A stretch of 64,000 nt of DNA from positions 33,265 through 97,264 of the IMG/VR virus record IMGVR_UViG_3300028392_000045; one strand, given 5' to 3'. Below are positions 29,319-39,503 of the stretch, one piece after another (position 1 is the stretch's first letter; every line of letters starts with the position of its first letter). The position numbers and the translations under genes are program-made. Below the pieces are notes generated by a model, which saw only the letters and a list, made by a program, of their open reading frames with translations, did not search any database and had not been told where the DNA came from. The stretch comes from a virus.

Positions 29319-29477
29319 CTGTCGAACGTGAACTGTAGAAATTTTACATTTCTACTGTCTATCAAATCTACTGTTGAACCTTTAGATTCAACTGTCAGTC
29401 AAAAGCTACGCATTTGACAGAAAAATTTAATAGAACCTTCGACTGGCAGTAAGTTTACTTAAACTTACAGAACGTGA
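29319..29477. repeat. Nested cluster of double-hairpin elements
   Basis: Full unit 29371-29420, half unit 29333-29357, outer split unit 29319-29470; GAACGTGA direct repeat at 29324 and 29470. Confidence 0.7.
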
Positions 29478-29485
29478 CTAGGTGA

Positions 29486-29522
29486 GGAGGTCTACAGTGA
29501 CGTGTGGGCTTCCTTTACTTTT
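29486..29522 (+). terminator. Intrinsic terminator
   Basis: GGAGGTCTAC/GTGGGCTTCC stem plus T-rich tail. Confidence 0.5.
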
Positions 29523-29533
29523 AATTTCAGCAT

Positions 29534-30377
29534 ATGAATATTAGAATGACTTACATATTAGCAGATTTTAATAAATTTGTTTTTAAGGCTAATAACTATA
29601 GAACTGTATGCTTAAAGCCTCAAAAATGGTGTGCTAATATAGAATTAGGAACTGAATCAGAAGCTTGTTTAATAATAAAGCTATGAAGTTACGTATTTAT
29701 TACACTGGTCATTGTTATTACCCATATGAAGAAATGCTTAAAAGATTTTCTAAAAGGCCAGTAAGTACTGATATAAATCTTTGGAGTGATTACTACGAAC
29801 AATTTAGTAAAACACATCCTTCTAAAACTGATATAATAGTAACAATATGAAGATAGTAATTTTCTATACTAAAACAAGTTATCAAGATGCTTATTACTTA
29901 AATTTTTTAAAATTAAGCAAAGATCTTGCTATTTCTTTTAACGATATTTTTGATTCAGAAGGATGTAGATTAATAATAAAATGAAATTAGAAAATCGCTT
30001 TTTTACTACTTCTTATCGTGAATATTATGGAGCATATAAAAGTCATTTTATAAAAGAACCAAGATATTATTTTCTAATTAGAGCAACAGAAAATCTTAAT
30101 AATATGCTGATATGGATTTAAAATTATGTTTATACCTAAAAAATTATTTATCAGACTATTATAAAGTGTTTAATTTTGAATACAGTAATAGTGGAACTAT
30201 TGAACCAGGATTTTTTACTGAAACTCAAATAATAGTAAAATTATGATAATACTTATTTATTCTAAGAGGGATAGATACAATACATCAAATTTTGAAATAG
30301 CCTTAGACACACTTACAAGTCCTTTACTTGTTAGTTTTCATCTTAAACATAATACTCGTTTAATTACATTCATATGA
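29534..30377 (+). CDS. Microprotein array C (6 ORFs: 29534, 29683, 29847, 29981, 30112, 30243)
   Basis: Ends CLIIKL*, DIIVTI*, CRLIIK*, NMLIWI*, QIIVKL*, RLITFI*; every junction overlaps, last one coupled to the helicase. Confidence 0.75.
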
Positions 30378-31588
30378 TACAAGATGATATTCAAAATGAG
30401 GCTATAGAAACCTGGAAAGCTTCAGGTTACAATGGTACTCTTGAATTAGGTGTAGGAGCAGGTAAGACATTCTGTATGTTTAAAGCCGCTTATAAGCTAT
30501 TAGAGGATGATAAAATTAGCAAAGGGGATAAGATAGTAATAAAGGCAGAAAGAAGTAAGAGATTTGAACATACAATAATTCCAGAAGCAGCTAAATTTTT
30601 GAAATTTACTGGTAAAGACTTTCTAAAAGATTTTACTGTAGAATTTTATACTTATCAGTCTAATACTGTAGTTGAAAATGCTGTATTAGAAGTAATGGAT
30701 GAAGTGACTGACGTAGTAACCGGATTAAAATATGTTCAAATCTCTGAAACTTCAACTCCTTATATATTAGGTCTTACGGGGACACCAAATAGACACACCT
30801 ATTTATTTCCAGAAGAAGCAGTACCTAAGTTGTACATGACTCAGTTTGAGAAGGACAATAAGGAAGTTAACTATCAAACTACTAAAGGAGATATATTTGA
30901 TATGTTCCTCCCAATAGTGTATAGTAAGACAGAAGGAGAGTTAATTGAGTTAGGTGTTCTTAGCCCATTTGAGACACACATTATATACCATGAATTAGAT
31001 GATACTGCAAAAAGACTACCAATGTGGAAATCAAAACCAGATTGGCTAGTAACAGAAAAGCAGTATTATGAAAACAAAAAGGAATTCGCCCTAAGTAAAC
31101 TAGGAGTTGTAGGTATTAACATATTGAAATATGATTTACCTCGATTCCTATACAAATTAGAATCTAAAGTTAATGTTGTTAAAGAATTGCTTGATAGTAT
31201 TGAAGGCAAAACTTTACTATTTGGAGTAGAAAAAGATCTACTTTATAAAATTACACCAAATGTTGTAGAGCCAAAGAATAGTAGTTCACTTATTCAACAG
31301 TTTGATGCTGGAGATATAGATGTACTTGCTACTTCTAAAGCTGTACAGCAGGGAACTACACTACAAGGTATACAGAATATTATCTTTGTCACATTTCAAG
31401 CTGCATCAGGTCAAGCTATCCAATCTATTGGTAGAGTGCTTAGATTTGTCCCTGGCAAGATTGGCAAAGTATATTTTATTGTTACCACTGGAACTATGGA
31501 AGAAAAATGGCTTGTCGAGTTACAGAAAGTAAAAGACTCGAAAGGCAAACTTACACGAACCTTAAATCTTAATATTGTCAATGATTAA
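30374..31588 (+). CDS. Superfamily 2 helicase (UvsW/Res-like)
   Basis: GVGAGKT, VMDEV, GLTGT, QSIGRVLR. Confidence 0.88.
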   Translation: MIQDDIQNEAIETWKASGYNGTLELGVGAGKTFCMFKAAYKLLEDDKISKGDKIVIKAERSKRFEHTIIPEAAKFLKFTGKDFLKDFTVEFYTYQSNTVVENAVLEVMDEVTDVVTGLKYVQISETSTPYILGLTGTPNRHTYLFPEEAVPKLYMTQFEKDNKEVNYQTTKGDIFDMFLPIVYSKTEGELIELGVLSPFETHIIYHELDDTAKRLPMWKSKPDWLVTEKQYYENKKEFALSKLGVVGINILKYDLPRFLYKLESKVNVVKELLDSIEGKTLLFGVEKDLLYKITPNVVEPKNSSSLIQQFDAGDIDVLATSKAVQQGTTLQGIQNIIFVTFQAASGQAIQSIGRVLRFVPGKIGKVYFIVTTGTMEEKWLVELQKVKDSKGKLTRTLNLNIVND

Positions 31589-32141
31589 TCCGCTGTATTT
31601 TGAAGGGATAGAAAATCCCAAAATCTTAGAACTAGTACTATTTTGTATTGATAGAGAAATCAATTTACATGAATCTCTACAACAAAGTGAAGGTACTATT
31701 GTGCTTGCCGATCAGTACGAGCAAACTATAAATGATATTGTAAGAAAGTTGTATGCAGATAGAAAATTAGTAGCGGATTATAGTAGAGACAATCAACGGC
31801 TCAAATTGGCTCATCCTTTTTGGATTACTAATCATGTGCAAGATGATTATGAAAATATTAGACAATATTTTAAATTTACTTACTCTGGACAAAAAGCATT
31901 AGCTGGAGATATTAATGTAGTAAAAAATAAAATAGATCAAATTATTACAGAAAAAGGTTATACAGTTGAGCAAATAGAAAAAGCAGCAAAAGCTTATATA
32001 GATAATTGTATACAAAATAATAGATGGATGAAAACTTTACCTAATTTCTTAGGTGATGCTACTGGATCTACTTTAAGTATTTTTATTGAAGATGTTGAAA
32101 GTCAAAATATTATGAACAATGACTTTTCACGATTTATATAA
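31575..32141 (+). CDS. Hypothetical replication-module protein
   Basis: Coupled upstream of DnaB-like gene. Confidence 0.5.
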   Translation: MSMINPLYFEGIENPKILELVLFCIDREINLHESLQQSEGTIVLADQYEQTINDIVRKLYADRKLVADYSRDNQRLKLAHPFWITNHVQDDYENIRQYFKFTYSGQKALAGDINVVKNKIDQIITEKGYTVEQIEKAAKAYIDNCIQNNRWMKTLPNFLGDATGSTLSIFIEDVESQNIMNNDFSRFI

Positions 32142-33147
32142 TGAGATTGAAAAAAATCAAGAGGATATAACCTCTAATAATATAAATTTCTTACCCTTAT
32201 ATCATGTCTTACCAGCATTGCGCGAAACATTACCTGGGATAATTAGATCTGAGCAGCTACTTATCTCCGCAAATTCTGGAGTAGGGAAAACAAAATTCTG
32301 TCATTTCCTTATTAGTACATTTTTAGCATTAAAAGAAAAGAAATCTAATCTTAAGATTAATGTTATTTATAATTCTTTAGAAGAAAGCGAATCAAAATTC
32401 AAAGCAATATATATTATAGCTTATCTTAGACAGCATGGCGAATTTATAAACTACTATAAACTTATGGGTTATAGCGAAACTAAAATGACTGCTAGGCAAA
32501 TGCAGTTAGTTAAGGAAGCTAAAGAAATGTTAGCTAATACTATAGATCCTTATATTGATGTAGTTGCCATGCCTTCTACTGTAAAATTTCATAAATATTG
32601 TCAAGATAAAATTTTAGCTAAAGGTAGAATAGATGAGCATGGTGACTATGTAAAAAATGATCCTAATGAATGGTTTATTATAGTATCAGATCATATTGGC
32701 TGCTACATTAACGAGCCTGGGAAAGACTTACAAAACACTTTAAGACATTTTTGCATTACTTTATCCAGAGTTGACCTTGGACTCAAGTATGGAGCTGTAA
32801 ATATACTTATACAACAGCAGGTTCAAAGTAAAGAAGCTATGGAAGTAAATGTGAAAGCAAAAAGTCTAATAGAAAAAGTAAAACCTTCCATAGATGGATT
32901 AGCCTTATATAAAAATTCAGCAAATGATGCTACTGTAATAATAGGTATTTTTGATCCGCATAAGTGGAAAGAACATCTACCTAACAGTACATATGCTAAG
33001 ATTAACCTGAATGAACTAGAACAATCAGGAAGAAGAATGAGGTCTCTTTGTTTTCTTAAAACCAGAGAAGGTGTACTAGAAGATAGAGAACTTCCTTTGA
33101 TTTTTGATGGTTCTACTAATACTTTTTCTGAATTTCCTAAAAATTAA
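32119..33147 (+). CDS. dnaB: DnaB-like replicative helicase
   Basis: ANSGVGKT, SLEES, IVSDH, IQQQ, LKTREG. Confidence 0.8.
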   Translation: MTFHDLYNEIEKNQEDITSNNINFLPLYHVLPALRETLPGIIRSEQLLISANSGVGKTKFCHFLISTFLALKEKKSNLKINVIYNSLEESESKFKAIYIIAYLRQHGEFINYYKLMGYSETKMTARQMQLVKEAKEMLANTIDPYIDVVAMPSTVKFHKYCQDKILAKGRIDEHGDYVKNDPNEWFIIVSDHIGCYINEPGKDLQNTLRHFCITLSRVDLGLKYGAVNILIQQQVQSKEAMEVNVKAKSLIEKVKPSIDGLALYKNSANDATVIIGIFDPHKWKEHLPNSTYAKINLNELEQSGRRMRSLCFLKTREGVLEDRELPLIFDGSTNTFSEFPKN

Positions 33148-33149
33148 GT

Positions 33150-34313
33150 ATGATTCACATTGTAACTATAAAAGAGAAGATACCTCTTTTTAAAGGTGAA
33201 GAAAAAGCTAATGCTATTGAAGTTGTATTACTGAATGAGTTTGGATTTGAGCTAGTAACTCAAATGAATAGATTTCAAGTAGGTGATAAAGCTTTACTAG
33301 TAGAGCCTGACTACAACTTGCCTAATATTCCTTTTTGGGCAGATTGGATTAGCCCTAATGGTGATCCTAAAAAATCTAAACTAGGAAGTAATAATCGTAT
33401 TAGAGCTATTAAGTTTAATCTTCATAAAGGAGATGGCATGCCTGTTTATTCTAATGGTATTTTATTGACTCAAGAAGATCTTACTACAGCTCCTATTCCT
33501 GATAAATTAAAGTTTACACTGAACAGTAAATGTACAGAAGAATTTCTTACTAATCTAGGTAAAGAGTATCTAGGAATCTATAAATATGATCCTGAAACCT
33601 CTAATAAAGGTAAAGTAGGAAAAGCTAGAACAACTAAAAAATTACCTGATGGTATGTACAGAACTGATGAAGAGAACTTTAATAAAATTACTCTTACTTA
33701 TCCTATACATCTGATTGGCTCCCTTAAAATTGACGGCAGTTCTTGCTCCATATGGAAAAAAAGTAAACAATCAGGTATCTGTTCTCGAAATCTACAAATT
33801 CCTTTAATGCTTACTAATGTAATAGGTAAGAAAAAAGATATTTGGAGCAAGATTAAATCTTTGTTTGGAGTAGATATTAGTATCTATAAAGAGGAAAAAA
33901 ATACTTCTGAATTTATTACTATAGGAGAGAAGTATTTACAAAGCCTTATAGAATCTGATTACGATAATATTACTTTAAGAGGTGAAATTTATGGTAAAAA
34001 TGGTTCTAAAGGTTCTGGAAATCCTAGAAATCCACATGGTAATAAACCAGGAGATATTTTATTTTATGGTGTAGATGAGTATACTAGTTCTACAAAAAAA
34101 GAACCATATAACAAATTTGTAGAAGTTACTGACAATCTAAGTCTTACTAGATGTCCAGAAATCTTTAATAAAGAATTTTCTACAAGAGAAGAATTAATAC
34201 AAGAGTGTAATCAATATTTTGCAGATAATTTAGTGGAAGGTATCGTAATCCGTACTCCCGATTCTTCTATTTCTGCAAAAATTATGAACTTGGAGTATGA
34301 TTCAAAAAAGTAA
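33150..34313 (+). CDS. RNA ligase (Rnl2/DRB0094 family)
   Basis: KIDGSS motif I, RGEIYG, EGIVIR, AKIMN; N-terminal OB-like domain. Confidence 0.85.
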   Translation: MIHIVTIKEKIPLFKGEEKANAIEVVLLNEFGFELVTQMNRFQVGDKALLVEPDYNLPNIPFWADWISPNGDPKKSKLGSNNRIRAIKFNLHKGDGMPVYSNGILLTQEDLTTAPIPDKLKFTLNSKCTEEFLTNLGKEYLGIYKYDPETSNKGKVGKARTTKKLPDGMYRTDEENFNKITLTYPIHLIGSLKIDGSSCSIWKKSKQSGICSRNLQIPLMLTNVIGKKKDIWSKIKSLFGVDISIYKEEKNTSEFITIGEKYLQSLIESDYDNITLRGEIYGKNGSKGSGNPRNPHGNKPGDILFYGVDEYTSSTKKEPYNKFVEVTDNLSLTRCPEIFNKEFSTREELIQECNQYFADNLVEGIVIRTPDSSISAKIMNLEYDSKK

Positions 34314-34315
34314 TT

Positions 34316-34924
34316 ATGGTACAATTTTCTGAAAGTCGTAAAGCATTAATGACTAAGTTAGCGGCTATCCAAGCTTTAGAGTTGGCAGCAGTTAAAAATG
34401 CTACAAATCCTGCATACAAAACTGGTAAGAATCCTTCGGGTTCAAAGTATGCTGATTTAAACTCAATTCTTGAGACTTTAATTCCTGAATTGAATAAGGT
34501 AGGTCTTGTATTATGTGGTTTTCCTACTGTAGAAGGTTTAATGATATTACTTACTGATGTAGAATCAGAAGAGTATTTATCATTTGTCTATCCTCTTGCA
34601 ATTCAAGGACAAACGCCACAAGCTATTGGCAGTCAAATTACTTACAGTTGTAGGTATGCTTTCCGTACATTATTTAATTTACAAGCAGAGGATGACGATG
34701 GAAATGCTGCATCTGGTATTCCTGTAGTAACTACAGTAAATCCTACTACAACTGGAGCAGCATCTTCTGAGCCTTCTAATTGGATTAATGCTGGAAATTT
34801 CCCTGAATTACAGGAAAAAATCACATCAGGTCAATACAAATCCATGAAAGACATTCGTGCAGATTATAAAATCTCAAAAGCAATGTCTGATCAAATTCTA
34901 GCAAAATGGCCGGAACTGTCATAA
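34316..34924 (+). CDS. ERF-family ssDNA annealing protein
   Basis: KNATNP...SKYADL, QAIGSQITY.CRY, EDDDGN. Confidence 0.9.
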   Translation: MVQFSESRKALMTKLAAIQALELAAVKNATNPAYKTGKNPSGSKYADLNSILETLIPELNKVGLVLCGFPTVEGLMILLTDVESEEYLSFVYPLAIQGQTPQAIGSQITYSCRYAFRTLFNLQAEDDDGNAASGIPVVTTVNPTTTGAASSEPSNWINAGNFPELQEKITSGQYKSMKDIRADYKISKAMSDQILAKWPELS

Positions 34925-35319
34925 TAAAAGAAAAAGGAAAACACCAAATAAAAATCACTAAAGATCTATATACCAGTTTAGAAAATCAGTACGAGAAAAT
35001 TTTTATAAGTCAGAAGGAAGGAATATGCTATATTTATAGCCCAAGTCCTTTTATTCAAAATGGTGTTATTGCTTTAGGTATGAAGCTAGGTAAAAGAAGT
35101 ATTGAAGTAATTAACTATACTCCTATAGCATATCTACCTAAAACTTTTGATGTTGAGCTAGTAGAGGAACAAATATACCAATTCATAAAGAACGGGGTAG
35201 TAACAGATTACCCTATAAAAACATTCAGAGTAAATGAACTTACTAACGAATCCGAAGCAGTCGGAACCACAGAAGAGAAATCAATTATTCACGGGATTAG
35301 CGAGACTGACTCCGAGTAA
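34906..35319 (+). CDS. Hypothetical protein
   Basis: ORF track. Confidence 0.5.
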   Translation: MAGTVIIKEKGKHQIKITKDLYTSLENQYEKIFISQKEGICYIYSPSPFIQNGVIALGMKLGKRSIEVINYTPIAYLPKTFDVELVEEQIYQFIKNGVVTDYPIKTFRVNELTNESEAVGTTEEKSIIHGISETDSE

Positions 35320-36046
35320 AATTGAAAGACAAGAAGAAGCGGATGGAAGCATTTCGCTTTCTATGTTACTGAAAAACCATGACGTATCATTTTTCCAGAA
35401 ACTAAAAGTATCAAATATTCCACAAACATTTACTAGTGGTAACAGCTTGTACTTTGCAACAAAAGGAAGTAAGTTTGATACTAAAATCGGTAACGAGCAT
35501 AATTTGTATCAACTGCACGAGTATAATGGCAAATTCTTTGGTATGACTACTGAGCAAGAGCCAAAGATTGCTAGAGAAGGTGAAGCAAATTATTTGAAAT
35601 TAGTACATACTTTGATGTCAAGCCCATCTACTGTTTACCCAAATGGTACTTGGATTAAAATTGAAGAATTGCTACAAGATTTAGAAGATCACAATATCAG
35701 TTTTGACAATCTTCTAAATGGAGATTATAATGCTGATCACTTATCAGAAACTATTGCTGCTTACAATTTAGGAGTAGTACTTCCTTTGTCTATCCGTTTT
35801 ACTAAAGATGGAGCTGCTAAACAGTCTTGCCTTGGTTTCTACTGGAATTCACTAGACTATATTTATCGTAATACTGAAGCAGAACCAGCTTTTGAGAATA
35901 AGATTATTAAAGCTAGTTTAACTGGTTATCCCATTGGCGGGAAAGAATATGTGACTTCTGCTTATCTACCTTATGAGGTAGTTGAAGTAGCACAAACTGA
36001 AGAAGTAGAACAAACTGAAGAAAGTTCAGAAGAACTTCCATTTTAA
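35234..36046 (+). CDS. Probable ssDNA-binding protein
   Basis: Acidic tail ending EELPF; between ERF and primase. Confidence 0.55.
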   Translation: MNLLTNPKQSEPQKRNQLFTGLARLTPSKIERQEEADGSISLSMLLKNHDVSFFQKLKVSNIPQTFTSGNSLYFATKGSKFDTKIGNEHNLYQLHEYNGKFFGMTTEQEPKIAREGEANYLKLVHTLMSSPSTVYPNGTWIKIEELLQDLEDHNISFDNLLNGDYNADHLSETIAAYNLGVVLPLSIRFTKDGAAKQSCLGFYWNSLDYIYRNTEAEPAFENKIIKASLTGYPIGGKEYVTSAYLPYEVVEVAQTEEVEQTEESSEELPF

Positions 36047-36068
36047 TTAAACAATAAATGATAGTCTA

Positions 36069-36941
36069 ATGAATGTCTTAAAAACAACTGCACAGAAACT
36101 AGAATCTATAGATCAATTAGAAGTATGGCGTAATATTTTAAATATGCCATTTCTTCAAATAGGGGAAAAATTCAGAAACCCATTTAGAATAGATAATAGT
36201 CCAGGTTGTGTATTAAGAGTTCGTGGTGGGAATATATTAATGTATGATATGGCTAGTATACAGTTTAGATGTATGAATTGTATGCAAGCTTTACAGTATG
36301 TTAATAGACCAATCAACTTAGACTATACTAATCATAAAAAATATGAGGAAAAACCTTTTAAGTTCCTCATAAATTATATTAAAAAGGATTACACTAAGAA
36401 TGATCAAGCTTATTGGGGTCAATACGGCATTAGCCTGGAACAGTTAGAGCAGGAATCCGTAGATTCAGTATACCAATACTCTTTTAATTCTAAGAAACAT
36501 CCTGATAAAATAGAAACACTATATCCCTTAGGGTATACTTATTGTATAAATGTAGTTGAACGTAAAAAGATATATCGGCCATATAGCAAGCATTCAAGAT
36601 TTTTATCTGATTTTTCTCCTCTTACTATCGGAGGTAATACTCCAATTACAAGCCCACTAATCTATACCAAGTCTTTTAAAGACTATGCGGTACTAACCAA
36701 CTTTGGCTATAGTTCAAGATTTATACACTGTGAGAATGTACTCAATCCACCTAAAGATGGGATTTATCTAGTGGATAATGATGCTCCTGGATTGAAGTAT
36801 AGAGATTATCTTAACTCAAATGGGTATATAGCTTTTACATTGCCAGTTGGTTATCCTAAAGATCCTAGTGATTGTTATAGATTTTTAGGCGAGGGGAAAA
36901 CTAAATCATTATTACATGACTGTATTTCAGCTAATCTCTGA
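36069..36941 (+). CDS. DNA primase (CHC2-like plus TOPRIM)
   Basis: NPFRIDNSPGC, TKSFKD, DNDAPG, KDPSD. Confidence 0.85.
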   Translation: MNVLKTTAQKLESIDQLEVWRNILNMPFLQIGEKFRNPFRIDNSPGCVLRVRGGNILMYDMASIQFRCMNCMQALQYVNRPINLDYTNHKKYEEKPFKFLINYIKKDYTKNDQAYWGQYGISLEQLEQESVDSVYQYSFNSKKHPDKIETLYPLGYTYCINVVERKKIYRPYSKHSRFLSDFSPLTIGGNTPITSPLIYTKSFKDYAVLTNFGYSSRFIHCENVLNPPKDGIYLVDNDAPGLKYRDYLNSNGYIAFTLPVGYPKDPSDCYRFLGEGKTKSLLHDCISANL

Positions 36942-37116
36942 AATAGGTTGCTCAGACTTACTCAGAGTTCAACGTACTAGAGCTTCGGTATATGCAGTTA
37001 AAATAGGTGATACTTATTACCATAAACTGAAAACATACCAAGATTTAGAAACGAGCTATTTCGAGATACCGGACGGTATGATCCGTATCGACAATCACAA
37101 AATCTCTTCAATTTAA
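36916..37116 (+). CDS. Hypothetical protein
   Basis: ORF track. Confidence 0.5.
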   Translation: MTVFQLISEIGCSDLLRVQRTRASVYAVKIGDTYYHKLKTYQDLETSYFEIPDGMIRIDNHKISSI

Positions 37117-37129
37117 AAATTAACAACTT

Positions 37130-37765
37130 ATGGCTAAGTTAATGATATTCAGCACTCGCGGTAATGCGAAGGTTGAAGGTGTTACTATTAATACAGTGCA
37201 AGACATCCTAGATGCTGCTCACAAAGAGAGCATGGTTCCTGATAACTATAGTATGGCTATCGTCTTCAAAACTGATTCTGGTCGTTCTAACATTATGGAT
37301 GCGCATCCTGAATCTACTATTCCAGCGGCAGACAGCTACATTGTTACTTTCAGTTTGAAAGATGTAAAAGCTGCTTCTGAAGGTAGTTTGCAAAATCAAG
37401 TACAATCTTTTCTTGATACTGATACAAGAAGTGCATTGTATCTAGCTATTAAAACGATTCAGAATTCTGATAGTCCAGAAGAATTGCTTGGCTTGTTTAC
37501 AGCAGAAATTGGTAACTATACCAATCAGAAAACTGCATATCTACGGGAGAAGATTCAGTGGTTTCTGGAAGAACTTAACAAAGAAGAAGCTAGTTCTTCT
37601 GATGCTTGGTTTTCTGATGAATATATTCAAGCTATTTATAATAAACTTAATACTATTGAAGAGACTGTATTATCTCTAAAAAATGCTGTAATTGATCTTG
37701 GTATTAATGCTGGTTATCTTGCAAAAGGATACGAAGAAGAAATTGCAAAAGAGTTATTGAAGTAA
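37130..37765 (+). CDS. Ubiquitin-like (beta-grasp) domain fused to a helical C-terminal domain
   Basis: ~82 aa beta-beta-alpha-beta domain ending IVTFSLKDVKAA; first gene of the E2/JAB/ThiF cluster. Confidence 0.55.
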   Translation: MAKLMIFSTRGNAKVEGVTINTVQDILDAAHKESMVPDNYSMAIVFKTDSGRSNIMDAHPESTIPAADSYIVTFSLKDVKAASEGSLQNQVQSFLDTDTRSALYLAIKTIQNSDSPEELLGLFTAEIGNYTNQKTAYLREKIQWFLEELNKEEASSSDAWFSDEYIQAIYNKLNTIEETVLSLKNAVIDLGINAGYLAKGYEEEIAKELLK

Positions 37766-37801
37766 TATTCATGTTTTGTTTTTGGATTTAATTGGTTATT
37801 C

Positions 37802-37832
37802 GAGGTAGGACTTAAAACCCCTACCTCTTTTT
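37802..37832 (+). terminator. Intrinsic terminator after the Ubl gene
   Basis: GAGGTAGG/CCTACCTC plus T-run. Confidence 0.7.
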
Positions 37833-37840
37833 CTTATTCT

Positions 37841-38581
37841 ATGGAAGAAAGAGAAGCTATTGAAGAATTGCTTGAAACGTTATATCCTGATAACTGGGAA
37901 ATAACTTTTGAGGGAAATTATATCTGGAAAAGAGAAAATATAGAAATTATAGATCTTAATAAAAATGAGCTATACGATACGATAGATATTATTTTTACAA
38001 GAATGAGTTTAGATTCTGATAATCGTTCTAAGTTTTCATTTTGTAGACTAGATAGAAAAGCTACAGATCCTCGTTATCAGCACCCACACTTTAAAGGTGC
38101 TATAAAAATGGCAGACGTATTCTGTACTGGAAAGTATGTAACAGGATTGCCAATTTCAGACATTATCTACTTTGATAGTTATATGAAATGTTACAATTCT
38201 GGTAGTGGTTATACTATACAAAGTGATTTAACTAAATCTAATGTCTCTACAGCAATTAATGAATACTTATATCCTGAATTCTTTTTCAACTATGAGACAG
38301 ACTGGATAGATGTAAGAACTAAGTGTGATTTGACATTAGAAGAGTTTCAGAAGTTTGTCATACTAGACACGAATTATGAGTCTTTTACAGTATACTTTAA
38401 AGGTGTAAAGTATGACTCTTATTTAACTATTCCAGAAGCTAATCTATACGAAAAACTATTTCATAAGTTTTTACTAAACAAAAAACTAAATTTAAATGAC
38501 AACCTTAAACATTACGCCGAGCTTTTGGCAGCAAGCCATGTACCTGAACAAGAAGTTTCCGAACTTGGAATGGTCGGGTGA
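37841..38581 (+). CDS. Prokaryotic E2-like conjugating protein
   Basis: YQHPHF-x10-FCTG resembles the E2 HPN/HPH...C[LT]G signature. Confidence 0.6.
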   Translation: MEEREAIEELLETLYPDNWEITFEGNYIWKRENIEIIDLNKNELYDTIDIIFTRMSLDSDNRSKFSFCRLDRKATDPRYQHPHFKGAIKMADVFCTGKYVTGLPISDIIYFDSYMKCYNSGSGYTIQSDLTKSNVSTAINEYLYPEFFFNYETDWIDVRTKCDLTLEEFQKFVILDTNYESFTVYFKGVKYDSYLTIPEANLYEKLFHKFLLNKKLNLNDNLKHYAELLAASHVPEQEVSELGMVG

Positions 38582-39503
38582 GCTATTATATAAAGTAGAG
38601 GGAGAAGCTACAAAAGAGACCTTTACTCCTATGCATATTATTCCACTTGATCTAGGAGATAAAGCCTACACTACTTTTAAAGATTCAGGTGTACTTGCAG
38701 AACTTATTGCAGATAATGAAGAATACTTTGATTACAAACGTGGTATGATTCATTCTCATAATACTATGCAAACTAATTTTAGTAATACTGATATTACTCA
38801 ATTGGACGATGGAGCAAAAGAATCAGATTTCTTTCTATCTGTTATTGTCAATAACGCTAATAATGTTACTGCAAAAGTAGCTAGAAAAACCATTACAGGA
38901 TTTTATACTAAAGTAGTAGAATCTTGGAACAATGGAAGAAAAGTAACTACTATGATTGACGTACCAGAAAAAGAAGAAATATTTGTACAAGACATTGAAG
39001 TAAGGTTTCACTATACTGAACTACCTGAATGGTTTACTCAAAAAGCTAATGCTCTAAAGCAAAAACCAAAACCAATAGTAAAACCTTTTACTGCTTTTGA
39101 TTATGGTAATAGAGGATTTAGCAATGGTCATACTAAAGGTTACAATGGTTATCAACCTAAAGAGGTTATCAAACATAATTCATTATCAAGTATCTATTTA
39201 GATGTAGATGAAGAACATATTTTAGATTTCTTTAAGCTGACTAATACAAAACAATTAAAAGATAAACTTACAGAGGCTACTGCTCAAACAGTATTAGAGT
39301 TTGTTGACTTTTATGAAAAAAGATTAGAATCAGACAAGAAAGACAATATTGCTGACCAAGATCAAACTCTGATAGAAGGACTAGAAGATGTTTTAGGCTA
39401 TTTAATGCTTGATTACACTAATACTCCTTTTTATAAAGAGCTACAGAAATTTATTTTTGAATTGGAACAATTAGAGAAAAATGACATCAACGTTGAGATT
39501 TAG
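38496..39503 (+). CDS. JAB/MPN metallopeptidase
   Basis: LEWSG...IHSHNTMQTNFSNTD (E-HxH-x7-S-x2-D). Confidence 0.85.
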   Translation: MTTLNITPSFWQQAMYLNKKFPNLEWSGELLYKVEGEATKETFTPMHIIPLDLGDKAYTTFKDSGVLAELIADNEEYFDYKRGMIHSHNTMQTNFSNTDITQLDDGAKESDFFLSVIVNNANNVTAKVARKTITGFYTKVVESWNNGRKVTTMIDVPEKEEIFVQDIEVRFHYTELPEWFTQKANALKQKPKPIVKPFTAFDYGNRGFSNGHTKGYNGYQPKEVIKHNSLSSIYLDVDEEHILDFFKLTNTKQLKDKLTEATAQTVLEFVDFYEKRLESDKKDNIADQDQTLIEGLEDVLGYLMLDYTNTPFYKELQKFIFELEQLEKNDINVEI

